Shown here piece by piece: positions 37,883-52,375 of a stretch of DNA of 64,000 bases. Each line of letters starts with the position of its first letter. The stretch's first letter is position 1. The translations under genes and the position numbers were made by a program. This stretch comes from Tubulanus polymorphus (taxonomy: Eukaryota > Animalia > Nemertea): assembly GCF_964204645.1 (NCBI RefSeq), contig NC_134035.1, positions 3,906,001-3,970,000 on the forward strand, read 5' to 3'. A model generated the notes under the pieces. The model was not told where the DNA came from and ran no database searches. It saw only the letters and a program-made list of their open reading frames with translations.

Positions 37883-39700
37883 GCGTATCGTTGAGCTGGT
37901 ATATGTAGTTTATTCAATTATTCGACTATATCTTCACGAATACTCGATTGTCGTTTGTATCGCGGGATTTCATCTTGAACCGTCGTATGAGTATTTTCAT
38001 CGATAGCTTTTACTGCGATTTGATAGTATTCTAACAAAATGGTGCAGTGTTAGCGAACACCCAAAACTTGCATCTACACGATCTCGAATTAAGATTCAAA
38101 CAGCTTGTTAAAAAGTGAGTCATCGTTAAGCCGTCAAATTTTAGACAATTGCCGAAGTTTTCAAAAAATGATTTATAATTACGTTCTATTCAACATCCGT
38201 CCACGTTTTCATGTGATCAGGTATTTGTGATAATGTAATTTTTATGGATGAAAATGGATCCGTGCTCTTTATTGGACTCTTCTTCATTCGGAATCGTAGT
38301 AAATTGTCTTGTAGACACGGTGCTTGATATTTTCGTACCAACCAATCTACTTACTTCCATTCGTTTATTTTGTTTTGATTTAATCTTGTTTGAAATAATA
38401 TTTCAAACAATATTGCACTCCCATCGAAGACTTAGCATACAAATTTTTCCTATTGAGATTAATTTCGTGTTATTTATTGCATCGAGCAGAAATATATGTA
38501 TATTATTATATCGTATCAATCGATATTGTCAATTCATAAGTATACACGCAACGCGTATAAACATGTGCGGCGTAATCAAAACCAAAGCGTAGCAGCTGCG
38601 AAAATAATCGTAAGAATATTGCGACCAGGCTTTGTATTTCAGGCTTTACTGACTTGCTAAATCAGTAAGTATATATGTATTTATATATACATCAATGCTT
38701 GCGTCCGATCGAGATTTCTACACCAACGGAATTGTTTTGATAATAGGTTTCGTCTTCGATAACTCGTCCAGAATTCTTATAGAATTAAACGATTTTCTCA
38801 AGATTGTAGTAGGCACGTATGAAAATGGACTGCTTTGTCACAATGAAAATCGATAGTTATCGCGGATAATAAAGCCCGCATTGTTATTACCAAATACTCT
38901 TGTATATACGGTCGAAAGAGATCAAACATTTTTTACATTTACGTCGGGTCGGTTTTCTATAAATCACTCTTGACCTCGCGTGTTATTATGTTATAAGACA
39001 AAACAAAACGTTTATGAATAAACAGTGTATAAGTTGACATTTGATCGTTATTTTTATTTTCAACGCCCTCTTGAAGATCCGAACGCTTTCAGCTGCTCAC
39101 GAACGAATGATTAAGATTTATAATTGCTGTAGTATATTTTGAGTGGTTTGTGATGGAGAGGGGCAGCTATGTCAATGTATACATGTCGATGACATTAGCG
39201 CACGCGCGCGAGTTTAGAGTTCTATCGAAGGCGACGATTGTTAAAGTGCACGCTAGCTATTTGTGAAACTCGAAAAAAGAAGGCAGTTTCTGGTTTCTCG
39301 ACGCTCGTCGCAAGCGCGGTTCCAGTCCTGGAAGTGGTTAAGTATCCGCAGAGATGATGGTCGCTCTACGATCCTAGGATAGCCACCAGTGCAATCCGTG
39401 GTAACAACAGAGACTTTACGGTGTTTGTTGAACGCAGGGCTATGCATTCTATATGGACTGGAAGCAAGTGTGGTGGAAAAAACCAAGTTATACCTAGAAT
39501 ATAAGTCTAAATTTTTTCAAGTTAGCTATAAACATTGGAGCTTATTGAAAATCTCGATGTAGGAACAATCTGTTGCTCAACCGTTCACGCTGTTCTGTTC
39601 ATTATATAGTTCGACAAGTGGCAACTGTCGCCGATACGCGAAACGCATGTGTTGCGAACATTAAACCGAACACCCTTACTGCAGATTTCCCGAAACCGAC

Positions 39701-42700
39701 ATGGCGACAAAAATCAAATGCTTATCGTTAACTCGTATGGTAGTCATAAACGCGATTGTTTTCGGCGTCGAACTTTGCGCCAGTGCCGGATTTACTTATA
39801 TACCGCCGATGCTGCTGAAATCGGGGATTCCGAGTCGATACATGAGCCTGGTGCTCGGTCTAGGACCGTTGATCTGCGTGTTGACAGTGCCCGTTATCGG
39901 GCAGCTCAGCGACAACTGCACGAGCGCGTACGGCCGAAGACGCCCGTTTATTTTCGTACTATCTCTAGTCGTGTTAGCGTCGTTATTTCTAATACCTTTC
40001 GGCGGTGAAATATCGAACTATTTCGGTGGCGGAGCCGCTAATACCGAGGTATCCGTGATTTTGTTGACGGTCAGTGTTGTGCTTTTCGATTTCGGTACCC
40101 AAGCCTGTTTGACGCCTTGCGAGGCGCTTCTCGGAGACATGAGCTCGGCCGATACGCACAGTCGGATATTCGTCGTGTACTCGTTCATGTGCAGCGTCGG
40201 GGGAGTTTTCGGGTATCTGGTCAGCGCCGTCGACTGGAGCCGTTTTTCGATCGGGAATTTCGTCGGCGGTCAGGAGAAATGTACGTTCTTCGTGTTGATA
40301 TTCTGTTTCGTCGCATCGATGGCGGCCACGCTGGTCGGCACGCCCGAACAGCGACACCTTCTGATCAGTAAATCTAAAACAACGAACGGCGCGACGAAAC
40401 GATCGAATCCTTCGTACGTCGAGCGAGAAATCCGACCGAAAAATGAGAATGGCGTAGTTATTTTCGAGGCGAATCCGCCGAATCGTTTAAGCCATATTCG
40501 TTTGCACATAAACGATACAGCGATAACCAGGGCGTCGAAAACGTGTCCCTGTTTGCTGCGCAATTTCTCAAACATCCCGGCAGTTGTGCGGCGCCTTTCG
40601 TTAGCGAATTTCTTCAGTTGGTCGGCCATCTTGTGTTTTACGATATTCTACTCGGACTACGTCGGTCAAGCCATCTACAAAGGGCGCCCGACTGACAACG
40701 TCGTCGACAACGACAGCAGCAGCAGCGGCGGCGGCGGACAGTACGACGAAGGCGTCCGCATCTCGAGTTTGGGATTGTTTTTTCATTCGGTCGTTTCGGC
40801 CGCATTTTCCGCCGTGATCGAATTGTTTTTCCGGCGTTTCGGCGCCAAAGGCACCTATCTGTTCGGGATGTTCAGTTTTACGTTGTCTATGCTAGTCATC
40901 GCCGTTTCGGATGATATAGTCGTTGTGAACATTTTAGCCTCGTTCACCGGTATCGCGTACGCCGTGACGACTACGATACCGTGCACTCTGATCACTCTAT
41001 ACCACGACGATAAAAAGGTAGCTTTATGACCAATGGGATACCGGCAAGCGAGGATTCGGCGATAATCCGCCAGGATCGCTAGTGGCACCGGGTTACCGCG
41101 CTTCCATTTCCTTCTGCCGTTCTAATTAAATTCGAATCTATTTTTCTCACTACTCAATCAATTTTCCATGAAATCCATTCGCTGAATGAGAAAGCGAATC
41201 TTATATCCGTCCGGTAACTTCTAAATTTTCGGATTTGGCGGCTTAGAAATCAAGTTCGGATTTCATCGAAAATGAACCGATTTTCACTACTAATAACGAT
41301 TACGATTATGATTTTATTTACACTCCAACCATTTCCATGGTATATGGAGGAAAACTATTATACATGTATATACAATAACCCAGTTTTTTGTTGCGCCATC
41401 TGGTGAGTGCCGGTATCCCGCTCAAATGACGTTCAAAAGCAATGAGAATACGATGAACATTTTCTTGTCCATTAACAATCATCGTAAAATAACGGACTAA
41501 TTCTATATACAACGGGGCTTTATTACAACGAGTTACTGGGCACCAGAAATTAGTTTTTCGATGTATAAAATCCCACGCTATACTAATGGTAAATTCTGAG
41601 AAGTTTCATCGAGCTAGAACAGAAACATGTTAATTACAGTTGATGAATGAAGTACTGTAGAAACTTCATCCATGTGATATGTATTTCCAAGCGTGTACAT
41701 GCCGCCATTTGGTCGTTTGTCACATGTTGAGATACGTTTCGGCTAATTACTAAATGCGACATCTGCCATGCATGAATATATCGACTGAGATTCCATGTGT
41801 GCTTGCCAGATTGTGCGAAGAAATATTCAAAATCGCGAAAAATTTCATTAGATTAACGAAACGATTTTTGTCAGCTTCACGTGAAAATGATTCTCAGAAT
41901 TACGATACTAATTTGAAGGAAAAACAACTCACGGGCTTCGATGATTTTGTTTGCACGTTGAAACTTGACCGTTTCAAGTGGAGTCTTACTATAATCCCAC
42001 ATGTTGAACTGTGGAGTCTAACTATACTCCCAAAGGGCTTGAGTAGAAATATTTTACGTTCAAAGTACGGGGCCCAGTTTTATATATAGACTGGTTGTAA
42101 TCGAAATTAGAAAAATGGATTTTGGCGGTATAGTTGAGTCGAAAATTATAATCTCAGCAACCGCGGTCCTTTCCAATGTGATAAAGGGTTTACTTTAACC
42201 CGTTGGCTAACTCAATTCATTTTCACTGGTTTAAAAGTTAATACCAGCCTATAAAACCGGATTGGTTCGATTTATTTTGGCTGATTTTATTTCGCAATAG
42301 TAGTCAATTTTCATAATGTAAATGACCTATTAGGTTTTAAATGTAAATTCGGAAATAAATCTAAATGTAACAGCGTAATGATACTCATTTTTGATACTCA
42401 TTTTTAGAGTTTAGATGATGAATTATTCCAATATATGCGACCTTGAATTTCAATACTTCGAGATGAAAAGATTTGATTTTGATTTTGCTCGTGGTAGTTT
42501 ACCGGGTGTAGGGGCCATTTGCACAGTCATTGCGCTTTATACATTACCAGTCTAAGAACGCCTTAGTTCTTCTACTGCCAATCAAACAACTTGAGAGTCT
42601 CAGTATAGGAGATCATTTTTAGGCTTGCCTCGACTATGGAAACGGGCCTAGGGTCCGGTGAAAAAAATCTGCGTTAAGCTTTGACTCAAGAGTTAACTCA

Positions 42701-43606
42701 TCGAAATGAACTTACGTTAACTCGCGATTCAACTCTATAATTAACATCTGTGGAACTGTCATGTTCTTCGATAGAAGGCCTTTTCTTAAAAAATTGGAGT
42801 ACCGATTTTATTAAAAGAAAAAAGTGGGAGGGCGCAGGAAAAAATCTTTTCCGACGAAAAAATGAAAATATAAAATAAATTTTATTATAGGCGTTTTAAA
42901 TGTGAGGGGACACGAAAAAAAGTAAAACTAATTTTTTTCTCTTATCTGAGAATTTTCACATTAAACCTCGGAAGGACTGCTGAAAAAAGGGGGAAAATGT
43001 GATGAATTTATTCAAATGAATGAAAAAAAAACATTAATTTTTTGCATATCGTAAGATTGAAAATTGAGATTTACATAACTTTTACGAGATACTTGATTGG
43101 AAATCAAGACGGAAATATAAAAAAAATCTTTTCTATTGAAAAATTGTGATGAAAACGCGAAGGACTAAAAAAATTGAATTCCTTTTAATTCGATGATTTT
43201 TGCAGAATTCTCGGAGGCGGATCCGTACTCCAAGTAAAGAAAAAAGCCTTAAGACCAATTGGCTATAGAACTTAGATGTTCTTAGATTTTATGAATTAAC
43301 TACGATATTATGTATTTACACGTATTGAATTCTTTGTTTCAGATGTTCTTCCACGACCGGCAACATGGCGCGGAGCAGCACGGATTCGGGGAAGACATGG
43401 CGACGATGGATTCGGCGTATTTCCTCGCGCAGATCGTCCTGTCGTTATTCACCGGGTATCTAGTGCACGTGACTCAAGCCGTCTTGTCGTACATTCTACT
43501 AGCCGCCGTTTTAGGCGTACTATCCTGTATTTGTATCGTCAGAATCGTCTGCACCGAAAGTGACGTCATATCGCTTCTGAATCGAAATAAAGCAAGTCGG
43601 CGATAA
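39701..43606 (+). CDS. SLC45A3: Solute carrier family 45 (SLC45A3/prostein-like) MFS H+/sugar symporter, 526 aa. Exons 39701-41017 and 43343-43606
   Basis: NAIVFGVELCASAGFTYIPPMLL, SDNCTSAYGRRRPFI, DFGTQACLTPCEALLGD, YDEGVRISSLGL and DMATMDSAYFLAQ match recalled SLC45A3 motifs; phase-0 GT-AG intron. Confidence 0.9.
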
Positions 43607-43797
43607 CCTCGTTGTGGTTTTTCGTCGTCTGTCGTTATGTTTTTATACCGCCTTTTTTCTTTCTTTTTTTAGGGGGAGGGGGTGTAGTTTTTTATACATT
43701 TCTTATCCACATAGGTGACACTATCGTACCTTATTCAGTAGAACAGCAGTCAATACATAGACATGTACAGCCAAGCTCGCTTAATTCGTAGTATGGT

Positions 43798-43981
43798 GCC
43801 GGTGTCATAGAATCAGATGCCCATATGCCCCCGATGTCTGATACCACCCAACACCAGATTGACGGATTTTGTGGAGAGTCATCATCGGACTGCTCAACCT
43901 AACTCTGATCCTAATCCTTATTCCTGAAATCTATTGCAAGGGGACGTGAATAAGGGAGGCATTTCATTCTATGGCACCGGC
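43798..43981. mobile_element. MITE, TIR CCGGTGTCATAGAAT; second copy in opposite orientation ~32986-33142
   Basis: GCCGGTGTCATAGAAT...ATTCTATGGCACCGGC; internal sequence shared between copies. Confidence 0.6.
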
Positions 43982-46376
43982 AATGTTTGTACGAATGAAG
44001 TGATATACGAAATATGTTTTTGATTGAATAACTAATAATGAGCAAAAGGGGATTGAAAACTAACAGAATTCAGTGATATACGAATTAAGCAGACTTGACT
44101 GTGCGCAGTAGACTTCTCCATAGCGGCCTTAGGTCGACATTCAACATTATACATTATAGCATCAAAGTCAAAGTGGCTTTCTTTCTTTAAAAAAAAGAAG
44201 TAAATTCTAACCTTGTTCTTTTTTCAAAGTGATCATAGTCTGACTGAAAGGATTGCCTCATCGCAAAATACAGTGACAATTTAAAAAAGAAAATGTAATA
44301 ATTCTAACAGTCGTCTACAGCAAAGAGAAGCTCGATTGGCTGGCGGGGCATCCATAATAAGATTACAGTATAATCTTACTGGCGATAAATCACGATTAAT
44401 AGAACGGAAAAGAGGAGCGATTGAATTCTTATTCGATTGTTAACGCAGATTTGAGAAGCCGCTTTTCAGATATATAGCCTATACGGTGTATGAGGGATCA
44501 CCGGATTCCAACTAAAAGAACTACGTATCTTCAAGCCCAACGCACGCGACGCAGGGAAACACGGCATTGAGCCTGAGATGACCTTCCTTTAGTTAGTCTT
44601 TACAGCTCACTGGACTGTGGTCACCCATGGACATACAAACTAGATTATTAGAGAGATTTGATTATCACTAGATTATATAGTTTATACGTCCATGGGTCAC
44701 CGCAGCAAACCGCTGCGGATATACGCCATACAACTTTCGTTTTTAACATCGCTTCTTCAAGGTCGTCGGATGGAATGTCCTCGGAGCGTTTCGGGAGGTA
44801 ATCGTTTCTATCTAGAGATCTATATAAACATAACGACAATGCGACTGAATATGATATTTATATATATATACGTATATAGATACTTGTTTGAGAGTGACAA
44901 GTCTATGTGTACGGAGCCGTATGGATGACAGACATTCCGACGGTTCGTTAGCGGCGACTCTCGACAACTCGCCGCGGTTAACGATCTCACTCCGTCGCGT
45001 AGCGCGCGTGCGCGCGACATTCTATCGAAAATGACCACGAGCGGCGAAAACAAGGATTGAAATCGAGAACCCTACACCGGACGCGCACCGAACTGTCCGT
45101 CTTGTACAGTCAAATCTCGAGGGAGGATTTCTAAACGATAATCAACTTCTACGTCGACGACGATAAGCACGGTAAATTTCCTAATTTTTTAATTTCTCGA
45201 AATACCACCTTACTCGTTCAGACAGACAGTATGTTTCGCTGTCTTTTGTGCAGTCTTATTTTCCTTTACGAAATCTTATTGAAAAGCACGAAATGTTGCC
45301 TAATCTGAGCGTAAATGTAGGTTATCGCGTCGCGTTTCAAAAACGCGGCTTTGTAAGGAAATTCTATTTCTTATTTCGTCAATTTTTAATAGAGTGTGAC
45401 GTATTCCTTTTCCGAACTTAGGAACTATATAGCACGTGACGTTGTAAATTTTAAAATGGTATTTTCTCTATTTTCTGAATAAGATAACCGAATCTATCGG
45501 ATACGGGCTGTTATGATTATCTAGATAAAAAAAACGGAAAAAATTTCGTACGAAAAATAAAAATGAAAACCTTGTCAGTAAGAGCAGCACTTTTCATCTC
45601 TGGATATGGAAACGAAAACAAAAGCTTGGATGTATGCGAATTCAGCGAATTAATGAGAGCCCTGTTTCGCATTCTGTGCCACGGATATTTCAATGAGTGA
45701 ATCACATTGAAATGATAGATCTATGGACGGCTTTATCAATGATCCGCGCGTTCCGTTTGTTCCCCGCTTCTCTCTAATTTCTCAATAATTTATTCGTCGA
45801 TAATACGAACTCGTTGTGTGTGTACCGTCTCCCGTTTCGAACGATGGATTTTCTTGCGACGGCGCGCTTAATTTTAGATGAATGAAGACAACGTGTATTT
45901 TCGCATGAATCCAGCGAGATACAATGGGCGAAGGCCGCGCATCAACGTATATCCGCGTATGCGAAGCCTGAATACATAGCATGAGTTTGGAAATCAGTTT
46001 ATACCAATAACGTTTACAATGTTCCGATCTAATCTTGTTGCATTTTGCATCAAGACCTAGATGAGATATTAGGCTAAAGTCTTTATTTCTTCACGCGTGG
46101 TTTCTTCATAGGCAGGCACAGGTTTAGGGGACCTCCATGTTTTTGCTAAGATAACATTATTGCGTGGTAATTTTGTTTAAAGATGCTTAGAAAATGGTTT
46201 TTCCAAAATTGATAGGGTGAGGCAAACCCTCCATCGCTTTTGGCACTCTCAGAATAAGGCCTAGGAAGTTTTGGGCCCCCTATTCTAAATTCGCAGATCC
46301 GTCTCTGGTAGTTTCTACTATATCCTGTGCTTCTTGAACGGTATCGACCATTTTAGGTGGAATATTCTGATGTTTT

Positions 46377-46408
46377 CTCCGACGTTTCGGACGAAGGTTC
46401 ATCATCGC
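46377..46408 (-). ncRNA. Degenerate hammerhead motif
   Basis: Minus strand GATGA-TGAAC-CTTC-GTCC-GAAAC-GTC-GGAG; 5' core eroded. Confidence 0.35.
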
Positions 46409-49400
46409 TGCCCTCGCTCTCTCCTCTCCCTCCCTTATACTGTGGCTCTATCGAATGTTTGTCTTGTAAATTCAAGAACGCCAAGAACGAGTGGCCCTGC
46501 AGATTATACCGTTGTATCTCGAAAAGCCTAAACGGGAACGACCACATACGAAGAAGTGTCTCATGCAGTCTGACAGTTACCCGTCAATGACCCTTAAACC
46601 ATAACGTCCTTGCTGTCCGCTAATAAAAACAGCCATCGATATATTCATCCATTTGACGAAGGACCCTTCTTTTTATGGCCATTAGGCATGTATTTCTTTT
46701 CTTGCTCTTGCAGTGCATTTGGTTGCCATACACATTAGGCTTTAAAAGTAATACGCAATATAAAGTCTGAAAAGGCGTGCCCTTTGCAAAAACCGGTTTT
46801 TCGAATCAATTACTACCGGTATACAGATGATTTTATTCGTCAAAACTTAATTTATGTAGTACAGGTCTAAACATATAGTGCTTTGGCGGATGAATGCCAT
46901 TACATTTCATGTTGTAACCCTTGATATTTCAAAGACCAAATCAGGACCGTAGAAAATATTCCACCGCTATGGAAGTAAATCTGTTTAGAGATTAAACCGA
47001 ACGGTTTTTAACGGTTTCTTATTCGTTAAATGAATATAGATTAAACTACAGGAAACTACGATATAAATCCGTACGTTACAAGGGCCGTATTTATGATGAT
47101 AATACGAAACGATCGAAAAAGTTGGTTGAAACTAAGAGTTTATAAAATTAAGTCCAGATCTCGTGTCTGAAGGTAGGACATTTTTTCATAATTGAATTTC
47201 GCTGATTTTTGGTCGCTTTTTTGAATATCTATTTCAATGGATGTCATTGCTCATGTCATGACTGGCGATTTTATGAACGAAACAGAATTTCACCCGATCG
47301 ATGACAAGACTGATGCGTGATTACGACATGAATATTATTGACACCCCTGTATAGGGACCGGGAGTGTCATCACTTTGCCCTCCCTGATTCCGTGGAGACC
47401 TTTGCTTAATTCCCGGACTCGCTGTTGTGTTGGGTGTTGATTTTTGATTCGGTTATGTAGGTCGTTACATCCTCGTTGAAGGCAGAATCGACAATCAGCT
47501 ACCGGCTGATTACGGGCAGAAGCCTCGCGGATTACGCAAATGAACGCGTATTGATGACTGTCTTAGAGGGATTAGCGTTACCGGTAATGTGACATGATCC
47601 GTTCCTCGTAATAACATATGATCATATTACTATCGGCAGCCACCTGACCCCACCTCATTCCATCATTACGAACGGACTATACTCTTGTGCTATTTGCTTA
47701 TTCGAATCTGAGCTCCATCTAGGGTATCCATTAGCAGGGGTTCGGCCCTGAACCCACGAACTGGGCGTCATGCATAGCATTACAAGCGGGTTCGAGGTTT
47801 CTTTTCCATTTTCGAAAAGGGTTCGGTCAGAGAAGAACATTTGACCTCAAGACCTTAACCCAACTCAGTCGCTTCTACGATTTAAACGCAAAGACCAAAG
47901 AGTCCATTGATTTGAGCCCCCAAAACGGTCTTAAATCTTTAGACTTCAGTTGTTCGATTGGCCATAGAACTGAGCTTAGGCTGGTCTCAAAATCGTTAGA
48001 TTAGCTATAGAACAAAGTTTGTCTTAGACTGGTCTTAAGTTGCTAGATTAGCTATAGAACTAAGTTTGTCTTAGCCTGGTCTTAGGTTGCTAGATTGGCT
48101 ATTGAAATAAGTTGATCTTGAACCGGTTTTTAAATGTAAGCCAAGACTGTACAACTGCCCCCCCCCCCCCCCCCAGTATTTGAAATCCACGCTGACACTG
48201 TGTCCCTTGAATTTCGGTTCGCTCTACTTTTTACAAGTTTGAAAGGTTGTTTTTTTTACTGCAGATAGGTGCTTTCTTTTCTTCTTTTCAACGCTAGGTA
48301 CGTTAATATTGTATTGTATTGGTAGCTTTATATTTCTGAACAAACTAATATTAATATTCATTTTTGAAGTGTTCAATAATCTGATTTCTTTGAAAGAAAA
48401 AATGTCGATGACATTTCCCAACCTGACGATAGCCCGCTCAATGTAAATAGGTTACACGAGTTTTCAATGACGAAAACCCGAATGACACAAACGCCATTGC
48501 TTTCGCTGAATGGAACGCTATTGTTTTCTGTAGATGTAATAATTCATCTATATGCCGCATAAAAGAATATCTGATTAGACAGCTCGAATCAGCGGCGTTA
48601 GGCGAATCCGCTTCCAGTCATCAGTGTCGATACAATCCGTGTCATTCGATAATCAAATAAGAACCGTATGACCTACATTCGTTTAGAGCATATACGGGTA
48701 ATAATATTCGAAAATGATATCTAACGCATAGCCTTCGTTTTCATCCTTATAAAAACCTAAATTTCATATCAGGTTTGAAATATTTAGTCAGGTTTTGATT
48801 GAACGCGCATTCCGGTATGGGAATAGCTGGAACGGATTACAAACTCACACCGGCCGCTTCTATCAGGTTCAACCAACATTTCTAAATTAAACAGTTCCGT
48901 TTTTCTAGTTTGACGGACCTCCCCCAACTCAGAATGTTGGCCATATGCCCATGCATAGATTCGATGAGATACACGGACGTTACACGCATTGTTCACTGTG
49001 TAATATTGGCCGTCAAATGGCCGTCAACTTTCCGATGAGCGTCGCATAAGTTAAGAGAACGAATGCGATGTATTTCTATCCGCCATTTTTGAAGTCTGAT
49101 CATCACTCTCAGAAGTAACGACTGTGTAATATGTTCTGAATTTCTCGTCACTGGTTGCTGAGGAAGAATGTCCGTTTGTCCCTTTAAAGCTGCGTTCAAG
49201 TTAAAAAGCCAGATGCGGCCCAAAACAGCACAAAACCTGAATATATATATTACATTCCATTTCAAAGCGCAGTCATTAATGATGAAAATCTAATTCGGTT
49301 GTAAACATGAAATAGTTTATTAGACGGCTTATAGAACGAGCAAGTTGGATCGATGCGACTTTATAAGTCAAAGTCAATATGTCGTGAGCAATATACGATG

Positions 49401-50813
49401 ATGTCGTAGATTTTTTTTTTGTATCTTTTTTTCGCTTTTTGCATCTTTTGGATTATGTTTTTTCCCCAGACTAACCTTATCGGGTTATTCATTTAACCCC
49501 GCGATGGGACAGTTTTGCACGCTCACTGTGAGCAGTAGCCAGCAGGACTCGAACCCGCCTGTCACTCGGGAGCGCTGATAGCGAATTCGGAAACATTGCG
49601 CCTTATCCCACCGAGGCTGAACTTGCGAAAGAAATTTCAAAGCGTCTTACGCTCTCGGAGAACGGAAATAAGCGGATGATTGCGGCAGCGGATTTTTTTT
49701 TCTGAATGGAATAATTATTCATTAGGTCATTTTTGACGAATGCCGTTCGTGATCCCCATTCGAATTACTGCATATGACGTCGCTGATTAAAAATGGTTTT
49801 AAAAATGAACTTTGTGTCAATGGGAAAGCGTGTTCTCTACAGCCGTACAGGTCCTTCCTCTAGAATGAAAGAGATAGCCGCAAAGAAGGCAATATGAAGA
49901 ATCGGTTTTTAGTACTTTGCAAAGCAAAACTTTACTAATAGTTAACTATAGATTCGTTCAACCAATAGAAATCCACTATGAGCACAACTGGAATGTACGA
50001 ATGATATTCTAGAAACCGTTGTAGAACCTTGATTGTCGAATTGTGCTCTTAAAACCACGCTAAATTGTTCTAGAATGACGTACTAGAAACCTTGGCCAAC
50101 ACTGTCCTTATGGTTGGTAAAATCTTTATAGTTCTCTGGCCTTCGTGGAGTAAGGCCTATTGATTGTCTATACGCGACTACGGTTAATCTCTGAAACAAG
50201 CATCCCCATGTTGGAGCGGTGCGTTGACCATCCAGCAGAGGATCTCGTCGCCCAGAGACTCCGTTGAAAGGCCGAACAGACTTGATATTAATTACAACGT
50301 CATTATATAAGTCATCCAAATCCCAAGGTAGCCAAATCTTCCTCGATTTCATTTGGTTAATGCATAAAGCGTATTCCCCGGCGGGGGCTGGTAGTGTAAT
50401 CGGTTTCCGCATGAGGGAACTAAAAGAAGCCTTCAAATTGACGCACTCAGGCAGCCGTCGACTTTCGCTAAAATCCGACTTGAATAAGAATGCGATGTCT
50501 ATCCGGCCGTCTGTTAATAAATCTATCTGTCTGTGGTAACGTACTCTGTCACATCAACGAAATATCAACACATTCACGATTCCCGCTGCCTAGGTTCACG
50601 CACGTTTTCACCGATGGTTCACGGCGAGATTTCTACGAATCAAAATCTAGAATGAGAACTATAGGAACTAGCCTTCTGTGAAGGTCCTGGGTTGATGTGA
50701 AGCAGCCTAAAATAAAACTTCAACTGTCTTACGTTTCCCTTGACTGGAGTATACTACCGTTGGGCGCAAGTATGTGGTGATATCATTTGACTTGGCTTTG
50801 AGTTTATCATTTT

Positions 50814-51054
50814 CAACACAGAAAAAGTAACGAGACGAGTAGTACTTAATAGGTTAACTATTTCATTTGACGCACGAGCTTTCGCTACTAGTGTATAGTA
50901 GCATCATCTCTCATACACCCGATGAAGCTTCTATACATAAGTAGCGAAAGCTCGTGCGTAAAATAAACTAGTTAACTTATATGGTATTACTCGTCTCGTT
51001 ATTTAATCTAAACCCGGTTAACGCGGCTACTCAACGAATCCAACACAGATAAAG
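50814..51054 (+). mobile_element. Truncated Penelope-like fold-back insertion with hammerhead motif
   Basis: Near-perfect 14-bp direct repeat CAACACAGA(A/T)AAAG at 50814-50827 and 51041-51054. Arms 50828-50889 / 50940-51001. 39-bp tail. CCGATGA...GCGAAAGCTC-GTG at ~50915-50957. Confidence 0.65.
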
Positions 51055-51140
51055 GAAAAATGAGTTTCTAAAAGAGTCTATCAATTAGAGAATACAGTCT
51101 GTAAAACCAGACAAAGAGTTTATTTAGTAGACCGCATCAG

Positions 51141-51282
<142 letters not shown>

Positions 51283-52331
51283 CTTTACCGAACTATGACG
51301 TGCAGTGTCCGTATAATATGGTAAAAGTATGCTAACTAGGTTAAATCAGATGTGTCCGGGGGTCCCTCGGTACAGCGCCATTTGGTACGGTTAGTCGTTG
51401 TTATATGGCTTCTTGTGCGACATGACTCGAATTGTTTTATCATTGTCGCGGCCGCGATAAATCTCGTTAACTCTCGTGGATCTAAGATCTGTAAACGTCA
51501 CAGGTGACGAAACATGAGACCGAATGATGAGAACCTAGTCGTCATTGACTGCGAAATGGCGAGGCAGGGGATTTATTCCACTTAACCTGAAACTAGCGCT
51601 ATCTTAAGAAAACTAACTGGGAGGTTCGTTGGCGCTTTGAAAAGTAGCACGTTTATTGTCGACAATGGCATAGTAAGAATGAAATCGAATACTAAGGATA
51701 AATGAAGTTGTTTTGAATTTGAAAATATCGACAGTGAATTGAAATGGTTTGACCGGCAACCAGTCTAGCCCTGGTATTAATGACGTATTGCACATCAACC
51801 AACTATCAATTCTCATCAATGATCAATTCTCGCTCCTTTTCCACTTGTTCTCTCTTTCTTCCCTTTTTACTGGGCGCTTGCGACAGCGTTCTTAAGGATT
51901 TGCTTGGCCCACACAAAGAAAGCTATTTTTCTTTCCCTCTTTTCATTTTTTGCTGTTGAAAACATTGTAAATTTTGTTGTTTGTTTTTTTCTCTCCTTTT
52001 CCGTCACGCTTTTCGTGACATAAATTTGAACTCACACACCACCCACTTCTCAACGCATAGTAGTTAATCGATATAGTTATCAATGGCTATAGAACCAAAT
52101 AACACGGGTTATAAATCGAAGTCTTTGGCCGGGAAACTGGCCACATGATCCAACTCCACGATGTCGGTTAAGACGCCACCTGATAGTCAACTTCATCATC
52201 GTGTTCAGATGGAAATATTTTGTAACGAGAATCCCACGATAAAGACGAAACTGTAAGTCTCTTAAATTAGTCTCTTTGTTCTGGATTGTATATATACTTC
52301 ACGATTTTCTGTTATAACTGAATAGCTATAG

Positions 52332-52375
52332 TATTCCTGAAGATGACTATTGGTATATAGTCGAAACGTTGAATA
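52332..52375 (+). ncRNA. Minimal type I hammerhead ribozyme within fold-back element ~52221-52452
   Basis: TATTC-CTGAAGA-T-GACTAT-TGGTAT-ATAGTC-GAAAC-GTT-GAATA: perfect stems I and II, intact core; flanked by inverted arms ~52226-52258 / ~52393-52425. Confidence 0.7.

Noticed and set aside
50083-50539. ORFs of 90-117 aa, and similar ones at 54893-55396, 60565-61023 and 63698-63968
   Set aside because: No recognisable motifs and no phase-consistent splice partners; possibly decayed transposon sequence
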